Program-made: the position numbers and the translations under genes
Origin: Octopus vulgaris
Lineage: Eukaryota
NCBI GenBank assembly: GCA_951406725.2
Contig: OX597828.1
Span: 33,294,001 to 33,358,000, forward strand
Reading direction: 5' to 3'
DNA length: 64,000 nucleotides
Shown here: positions 55,263-64,000 of the stretch, piece by piece
How the letters are laid out: each line of letters opens with the position of its first letter
Position numbering within the stretch: position 1 is the first letter of the stretch
Notes under the pieces: generated by a model
The model's input: the letters and a program-made list of their open reading frames with translations, nothing else
What the model was told of the DNA's origin: nothing
Databases searched by the model: none

Positions 55263-56189
55263 CTGTTCTGTGACTTTAAACGCGCTGAAAGTATGATGAG
55301 TCTGGTTTCCAAGGCCGATGTGAATATTTCCATCTATATATGGCATTTCTCCTTTCCGGACTACTGCACTCTTGTCACGACGCCGGTGTTAGTGGAGGAT
55401 GTTTAATGGTGATTATGCCATTGTCAAGATGACATAATCACCATTAAACATCCCCCATTAACACCTCCACTAGGCAGCTTAGTGATAATAATCTTTAATT
55501 CGGTGTAATGACTGCAGTTGTTTCTAGTGCTCTAATAGAGCCTGTGTTGTTTTGATAATGTTAGGTGTTATGTTATTGTAATAGTATTAGCGTTGTGTTG
55601 AGAGGGCTGTAATTGTAATGGGTGCTGTGGTTGTGTTCGTTGTGTTGCCAAGGTAATAGTCGTAGATGTAGTGGCTGTGATTACGGTATTTAGCTGACTC
55701 TTTTATCTTTTATCTTTTACTTGTTTCAGTCACTGGACTGCGGCCATGCTGGAACACCACCCTGAAGGGTTTATTCCAAGCCTGGCCAGCTGAAATTACA
55801 TCGCTGGCCATTTTAATCACAGAAAGTCTTTTGAACGCCGCTTGTATTCTTAATGCACTAATAGTCAAATAATCACTGCTGATAAAATTGAAAGCATTTT
55901 GCTTTCTCATGCTATCATTACAATAATTATTACAATTAATGCAATTATTACAAGAATGAAGGAATGAGCGTTGATTCAACATGAAATATTATCGTCACAA
56001 AAACAGTAGTATCTTCCTATTTTACTTTACAGTACAATCTTTAGTGTTTGATAAAAATTTTTAAATGCTTGTTTAACCCCTTACCCGGCAGAAACGAATA
56101 TATGAGTTTTGACCGAAATCGATTTTTTCTATCTCTGGCGAGTTAACTCGTCAGGAGATAGACTCGCCAAAATCGACAGCAAACGAGTT

Positions 56190-58968
56190 GGAAACGAACT
56201 TAGTGAGTGTAAATCTCTACTCTTGTACTTTCGGGGTACAAGAAAGCAATCACTAGCCGTTGCTTTAATAATCCAGAATTCCACCAGTCAGAAACAACAA
56301 GACGCAGACGTAAAAGATATATATACTACTTTATTCTCTAATGTGGTAACAGTAACAATAAGTGGTTATCTGATGTCCTTGGTTCTGGGCGCGCAAGGCT
56401 GAAAGTTAATGGATTGTAATATTTACAATGTTCAGCCGCTAAAAACAGAACGGGTTAAAGATGGCGTCCGGAACAGGGAAGATGAATGTGGTCGGCAACA
56501 ATTTGGTTAAAAGCTTTCGGCCGACTGCTATCAAAGCTGGACATCGAGAAAATACACGTCCGTCGCCTTCGGTCGCTGCTGTCCCAAGTCGCCGCTGACT
56601 GCTGCTAGTGGTCAAACGTTCTACGACCCCCTTGCCTCGGCTAACTGCTACGTAGGCAAAAGGGTTCTTCTTCCGGTGGTTCGCGCATGCGCGAGAGGGC
56701 CCTTCCTTTCTGTGCCTTGGTGAAGGCACCAACACTCGCACGCGCAAAATAGAAAATGGACAGTGCGCGCGCGCGCGCACCGTTATAGGATCACTACAAG
56801 GCTCCCCTCCAGTGCGTACGCACGAAGGAAACTTATTGTAGTGACTGCAAAACTCAAGGTGGATACCAGACAACCAAATAGCACACAATATAATAATATG
56901 GCAAAATTTATAACATACACAAGAAATTTACTAAAGGAAAAAGAGAAAAAAATACTCAATGAGCAAAAATCAAGAGTGCATGCATGAAAGTGTATACGTC
57001 ACAAAGTATAAACCCTTCCGCTGAAAGGAGCGGGAGGAAAGCAAAACTCACAGTCAATGAACCTAGGCGAAATTAAAATCCAACTTCTCTAAAGGTGGTT
57101 GATCCTGCAAAATAGCAGTTAAATCAATTGCTGCAGGAGAGGAAATGGAATTGACAGAAGCTCGCTAGTAACACAAAAGGCAAAAGTGCAAACATGCTGG
57201 TGTGATGCGCGACACAGATAATTTTCTGTTAATTACGTGACCAACAGTGGTCTAACAGGGAAAAATAATTACGCCCATACATAGGCGCAGCGCATGTGAA
57301 CATCCGACGTCCTATGAGTCGGGAAAAAAAACTAAGCTACTGCAAACGTGTTGCAAAAACAAAGCAGTACACGTGCGAAGCAAAGGCGCATGAAATGCAA
57401 TAGTGCTTGCCAGACCGAAAAACAGCAATGAATATGCCAGTGGTTGAGCGATTATATGCCTCGTTCGTACAGGAACAAAAGTATGGCATGCCGGCGCGTT
57501 ATAATGAACAAACAACCCTCTCTATGTATACGTGACCCCTTAGGGTCTACAGAAATGAGGTGTGTCCACAAAAGGCAAATTTAGCATGAAAAAAAACAAG
57601 CGAGAAAAGCATGTGTGACGTATGTATGTGAGAGATGGCATTTATGTGTGTGTACGTGTGTGCGACAAAAATACATACAAGGTGAAATGCGAGCAAAAAA
57701 AAATAAATACAGCGCATAGAAAAAATGTCTCTCGGGGCTATTCCAGACAAGAGTTAATTTACCAGTCTGTAATAGCCTGATGCACAATAGCAGTTCGTTC
57801 TGTAACAGAATGTTGAGATCACAAATGCAGATGCCGATTGGACACATATCGTGTAACGGTTGTGGCTTCAATGCTGTGACAGGTTAACTGGATACAGAAG
57901 AAATCTCGTAGATAGTGCTGGGCTGTTAATTCCGGTGTGCACTTTTCGGGTGCAATTGGTGCGCTATGCACGAACAGCGTGAAAGCCAAAGTTCCGCGAG
58001 TTGCTATGTACATCTTGTGGAGGTCGACGGTGTTGGAAGGCGACGGTGATGGTGGCGACTGTAGTGGACTTGAGACAACATCGTTCTTAGTGATGATGGC
58101 GACGAAGATAACGACGACGTGAAGTAGAAAGACGACGATGGCGATGACGAAGGTGGAGAAAAGGCATCGTTGATATGATGGCGTTCGTCATCATGGCTGT
58201 AGAATAAGAAAGAGGCTCCTTCTACAACTGTTTGTGGTGACAGGAAACAAATCGTAGAAAGATGAATGCGTAGAGTTAAATCGTGTTCCGACTTCGCAGA
58301 AAAACTGGATTTTTTTGTTAAGTGATCTCTGGTTTTAGACCAGAATCACGTCGGGGTCACCACTGTAACGAACTTCGTGTGAATATATCTTCTCTTGTAC
58401 TTTCGGGGTACAAGAAAGCAATCACTAGCCGTTGCTTTAATAATCCAGAATTCCACCAGTCAGAAACAACAAGACGCAGACGTAAAAGATATATATACTA
58501 CTTTATTCTCTAATGTGGTAACAGTAACAATAAGTGGTTATCTGATGTCCTTGGTTCTGGGCGCGCAAGGCTGAAAGTTAATGGATTGTAATATTTACAA
58601 TGTTCAGCCGCTAAAAACAGAACGGGTTAAAGATGGCGTCCGGAACAGGGAAGATGAATGTGGTCGGCAACAATTTGGTTAAAAGCTTTCGGCCGACTGC
58701 TATCAAAGCTGGACATCGAGAAAATACACGTCCGTCGCCTTCGGTCGCTGCTGTCCCAAGTCGCCGCTGACTGCTGCTAGTGGTCAAACGTTCTACGACC
58801 CCCTTGCCTCGGCTAACTGCTACGTAAGCAAAAGAGTTCTTCTTCCGGTGGTTCGCGCATGCGCGAGAAGGCCCTTCCTTTCTGTGCCTTGGTGAAGGCA
58901 CCAACACTCGCACGCGCAAAATAGAAAATGGACGGTGCGCGCGCGCGCACCGTTATAGGATCACTACA
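56190..58968 (-). mobile_element. non-autonomous Ty3/Gypsy LTR element (tRNA-Trp primed; CsRn1-like features)
   Basis: LTRs 56190-56798 and 58364-58968 (TGTAAC...ACTACA). PBS TGGTGACCCCGACGTGAT at 58345-58362. PPT CTGGAGGGGAG at ~56802-56812. 4-bp TSD AGTT at 56186-56189 and 58969-58972. No long internal ORF. Confidence 0.9.
58345..58362 (-). other. primer binding site complementary to tRNA-Trp 3' end
   Basis: Plus strand atcacgtcggggtcacca, 1 nt from the LTR boundary. Confidence 0.9.
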
Positions 58969-59522
58969 AGTTCCTTCGTCTAAAAACGGGTTAACTCGTT
59001 TCTGCCCAAAGCGGTAATTTAAAATCAATATTATTGAATTAAAATTCATAATAAATAAGGTTTGAAATATACCTCGAAATCACCATTCAAAACATAGTAA
59101 AATAAAACAATAAAAAAATATGTCTGAAAAAATACATTTATTTTCAAAATAATTGTTGGGTAAGGGGTTAAATAAACCCATTTCAAGAAAGTATCAAGCA
59201 GGCTGCAAGATAAAGGTCTGCGGGCCGCATGTTAGCCAGCACCAGTCGAAAAAATCGATTCCTGTACTTCTTTTTTTTTTTTTAAAGTCTAGTAGATAGT
59301 CGATCGGTCTCATGTACCAAACTGTTAAATTAGGCTGATGTAAACAAACCAATGCCGTTCTCTATGTAGTGGGTGGACATTTACAAAAGCAAATACGCAC
59401 ACACACACACACTTATATATACATATGCACATATGTGTATGTATGTATCTGTATTTATATTATACATACATACATATATATATGTATGTATGTACCTACA
59501 TACACACATACATATACATATA

Positions 59523-59553
<31 letters not shown>

Positions 59554-59833
59554 CCAATTAAGGACTGAACACGAAAAAGTGGACAGTCAACATGCTAGAT
59601 ATAGACGTCAAATCGCCATTCTCCACAAAGATTTTGTTCTCAAATAAAATAAAATTCAGCACGACCTAAAGCAATAGATAAGACATTTCGTATATTTCTT
59701 TTGTCTTATCTATTGCTTTAGGTCGTGCTGAATTTTATTTTATTTGAGAACAAAATCTTTGTGGAGAATGGCGATTTGACGTCTATATCTAGCATGTTGA
59801 CTGCCCACCTTTTCGTGTTCAGTCCTTAATTGG
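59554..59833. repeat. near-perfect 132-bp-arm inverted repeat with 16-nt loop
   Basis: 59554-59685 versus 59702-59833; I count two mismatches; loop tttcgtatatttcttt. Confidence 0.97.
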
Positions 59834-59925
59834 TATATATAAATATTTTAATCTTCGGATTCTTTTTAATGTGCTAAACCACTGGTTTTAATTGACTAAT
59901 ATCAATTTTTACCCTTAATTTTTAA

Positions 59926-60024
<99 letters not shown>

Positions 60025-60159
60025 CGCATATTTATGTATATATATATATATATATACTCGTTAAGCGAATTGACCATAATGAGACGGTGAAACATAATAT
60101 ATACTGACATGAATAAAGGCAAAAATTTCACAAACAGTAAAAAAGCAAGGAATACTATC

Positions 60160-60603
60160 TTTTACCTTTTACTTGTTTAAGTGATATATGACTGCGGCCA
60201 TGCTGGGACACCCGTCTTAAATTGGGCCAGTCGAAAAAATGTGCCCCAGTACTTATTTTTTAAAGCTTAGTACTTATTATATCAGAACCCTTTTGCCGAA
60301 CCGCTAGAGTAAGGGAGCGTAATTACACCAACACGCGTTGTTAAGCGATGATGGGGTAGACAAACATACACACAAAAACACACGCACTCACACACAGTCA
60401 CACACACACACACACACACATACAGACACACACACATATATATATATGTGTGTATATATAAGAAGGGCTTCTTTTAGTTTCCGAGTAACAAATCTATTCA
60501 CAAGGCTTTGACTGGTCCGAGGTTATAATAGAAGACACTGGCCTAAGTTGCCACGCTGTGGGACTGAACGTCAAACCTTGTGGTTCCGAAGCAAACTTTT
60601 TAC
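60160..60603 (-). mobile_element. diverged SINE family B, with an additional head fragment at ~60640-60730
   Basis: tttacttgttt..gactgcggccatgctgg..tttgccgaaccgcta..tgccacgctgtgggactgaac. Confidence 0.85.
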
Positions 60604-60869
60604 CAGATTCATTGACAAGGCTGTTCGCCTCGGGGCTATTAGTAGCATACATTGGTCCAAGGTGCTGCACCGTAGGACTGAACCCCAAACCACTCGGTTA
60701 GAAGGAAAACGAATTTCTTAACCACACAACCAATTGCAGTGACTGTTCTATTAATGGTTGCTCGCTGGTGGTTCTGATTGTGACCGCTTGGTGGTTGTAG
60801 GAGAGTGAAGTCTATGTCAGAAGTTCAGATCCTGGCAACTGAAGTGATAGGTTCGGTAATAAACATTAA

Positions 60870-61400
60870 TAATAATGACAGTCGTAGCAATGTGGTGATG
60901 GACGGTGGGGGAGTGGTTAATAGTACAGGTGGTTGTAATGGTGGTAGTGGCAGCAGCGGTGGTGGTGGTGGTGGTGGTGGTGATAAAAATGAACATGCGG
61001 CTTGTGGTGTTAGTGGTAGTAGGCCTCGTCGTCATTGGGAAGATGATGCTAGAAGATCTTGGGATGCTTGTGGTGGTGGTGTCGTCAGTGGTGGCGGCGG
61101 CAGTGACTGGGGGAGGGGGCAATGGTAGCGGTGCTGGTGATAGGGATGCTTGTGGCAGTGTCGATGTTGTTATTGACGTTGGCTGTGGTGGAGGTGGTGA
61201 TTGTGGAGCTGGTGTTGGTGTTGGTGGTGTCGGCAGGGGTTGCAGAGGCAGTGGAGGCGGCGGCAGTGGTTGTGGGGGCGACACAGTGGTAGCGGTGCTG
61301 GTGATAGTGATGCTGGTGGCGGCGGCGATGTTGTGGTTGATATGTTCACTGTGGTGGTGGTGGTGGTGGTGGTGGTGGTGGTGGTGGTAGTGATGGTGTA
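60870..61400. repeat. degenerate (GGT)n low-complexity tract
   Basis: GGT/GTG-rich triplet sequence that is open in several frames on both strands. Confidence 0.85.
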
Positions 61401-61930
61401 GCACACACAGATATATGATAAAACGTATGATTGACGTGAGTACATAAACTACTTCTGCTGACCCTATTCGTTATATGCTCCACAAGTGGCCTGCAACAAC
61501 AGCAACAACAACAACAACAACAACAACAAGATGAGGAAGAAGACAAGAAAAATAATAAAAATAAAACAAAAACCAATATACAATGTGTAAAAGAATTGAA
61601 GTGGAGTACAGGGGATCGTACAAGTCGAGGTGGGTTACAGTGTGGCTAGGGGTGGTCCTGGTAGGATGGAGAGCCTCTTTTCCAATCTTCTAGATACATT
61701 GATAATGCCGGAAAGTGACATCTGTCAGCTTTCGCGCATATTTGTGCAGTCCATTTGATGGACACTTAGGAAAATTCTTTTCTCCGCCATCAATGGTCGC
61801 GACGGCAAATACGAGAGATATGTGCGAGTGTATACACACGCACACACACACATATACACCCCGCACACTTGCAGATACACATACAATAGAAATGTGTATA
61901 TTTAACGGTGCGAGTGTGTGTGTGTGTGTG

Positions 61931-61973
<43 letters not shown>

Positions 61974-61982
61974 GCGTGAGTG

Positions 61983-62021
<39 letters not shown>

Positions 62022-62025
62022 TGTA

Positions 62026-62064
<39 letters not shown>

Positions 62065-62215
62065 TTTTTATACATATTTGCATATATATTCACATGTATA
62101 TGCACTCATATTGTATGTGCACACGTGCACTCACACACATCCGCACACACATGCACACACGCGCGAACTAATGCATACACACATTAAACAGAAATATATA
62201 CACAAAACAGAGTGT

Positions 62216-62269
<54 letters not shown>

Positions 62270-62340
62270 ACAAATATGCATATATATATTATGCGTATAC
62301 ATATATGCATATGTATATATATATATATTTATAAATATGC

Positions 62341-62379
<39 letters not shown>

Positions 62380-62873
62380 CACTGATACAGATCTCACATA
62401 TGCGTACAGATACACATATACGCATGCGTGCACACATTCATATATAGACTCAACCAAAGGGTTATATATGTGTTTATTGTATACGCGTGTATGGATGCGT
62501 GCATGTGTGTGCATGTGTATATGTGTAAGTATGTGTATATGTGTGTATACGTGTGCTTGTGCGTTTGGGAAAGATTGATTTAGAAAAGTTTGTCTATACG
62601 TGCGATGTGCAAGTGTGTAATATTATATTCAGTAAAGATTTCTAAATACAAAACGTGTCTCTTGTGTGTGTATACGCGCAGGGACGAGGTTCATATGTGT
62701 CTTGAGTGTGTGAGTGTGCGTGTGTGAGCGTGCATATGTGTGTACTTGTGTGTATGTGTCTGTGTGTATGTCTGTGTTTGTGTGTGTTTGAAACAGGAAA
62801 GATGTTAAAGTCAAAGATAAACTATGCGTTTATATAAATGTTATATGAATATATATATATGCCTCTTTCTGTT

Positions 62874-62906
<33 letters not shown>

Positions 62907-63083
62907 ATATGTTTGTGCGTATGTTCATGTAAATGTATTTGTATGCATACACATGTAGGTATGTCTTTTGATCAAGTTATATATATGAATATTCATGAGC
63001 CTCTACCTGTCTGTCTTTATGTATGCATCGATACGAATATATTCACGCATATGTATATAAATATAAAGATAAATATTGCAAGG

Positions 63084-63123
<40 letters not shown>

Positions 63124-63249
63124 GTATATACATATGTATATACACACATACAAACTCACTCACACACAACACATGCATGCACATATATATATATGTGTGT
63201 GTGAGTATGTGTCTTTGTGTATGTATGTAAGCATATATATATATATGTA

Positions 63250-63354
<105 letters not shown>

Positions 63355-63532
63355 TGTACTTCGTTATGTGAATATCTGTAGCGATGTCTTCTGATCGTGT
63401 TTGACTGTTTGCATTAAACGTGTATATATGAATGCATAGACAATGTCACCTATGTAAGACAGTGTTTAGACAGTTTTATATTCGAAAATTTGACAGACTT
63501 ATGAGCTACTTTGAAACGGTGAGAGAGAGAAG

Positions 63533-63566
<34 letters not shown>

Positions 63567-63772
63567 GGGCAGAGACAGAGAGAAAGAATAAAAAGAGGGA
63601 GGAAGCGTGTGTATATGCATCTTTCTGCTTAACCGTATACTTCTTTGTGTGTTTGTGGTGGCAATTACGTTTCTTTTATGCGGTATCTGATATGATTTTT
63701 ATCTGTGTAGCATAATCAGATGTATGTATAATGAGGATATATGAATGTGTATGATATATGAATGTGAATATT

Positions 63773-63822
<50 letters not shown>

Positions 63823-63849
63823 ACTTTACATGCACATATATACATAAAC

Positions 63850-63912
<63 letters not shown>

Positions 63913-64000
63913 CATATATACGTACATTCATGTACACCTACATACACATATACACAACCATTAACACAAATGTGTGTGTATATATATATATGTATGTATG

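Larger units (their letters stand above)
56077..59167. mobile_element. piggyBac-like MITE (~310 bp once the nested LTR element is removed)
   Basis: TTAA-CCCCTTACCC ... GGGTAAGGGG-TTAA; subterminal inverted motif ggcagaaacga / tcgtttctgcc. Confidence 0.85.

Noticed and set aside
56800-58344. piggyBac transposase or Gypsy pol in the interior of the nested element
   Set aside because: Only short ORFs, with no DDE, RT, integrase or cysteine-rich motif that I can recognise.
60805-61576. Gly-, Pro/Thr- or His-rich ORFs as a possible host exon
   Set aside because: Open in many frames on both strands because of degenerate (GGT)n; no domain or clear splice signals.

Overview
Eukaryotic, AT-rich, microsatellite-saturated non-coding DNA. 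The SINE, LINE and Penelope families and the (TA)n/(CA)n/(GATA)n density look like an octopod cephalopod genome (inference, no database check). I find no convincing host protein-coding exon, and almost all listed ORFs are translated microsatellites. The window is a mosaic of mobile elements: three or more tRNA-derived SINE families; L1/Tx1-like pieces, including an ORF1-only element; a Penelope-like RT/GIY-YIG element and several Penelope-type terminal fragments; two mariner copies; a Tigger/pogo remnant; non-autonomous Helitrons; and two young non-autonomous Ty3/Gypsy LTR elements. One Gypsy element is tRNA-Leu primed and has a single 621-codon ORF lacking the RT catalytic core. The other is tRNA-Trp primed and nested in a piggyBac-like MITE. 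The most notable signal is seven minimal type-I hammerhead-ribozyme-like motifs with non-canonical cores: compensatory U3-A8 (four) or G3-C8 (one) swaps of the C3-G8 tertiary pair, and an A6U change (two). Several long fold-back hairpins are also present.
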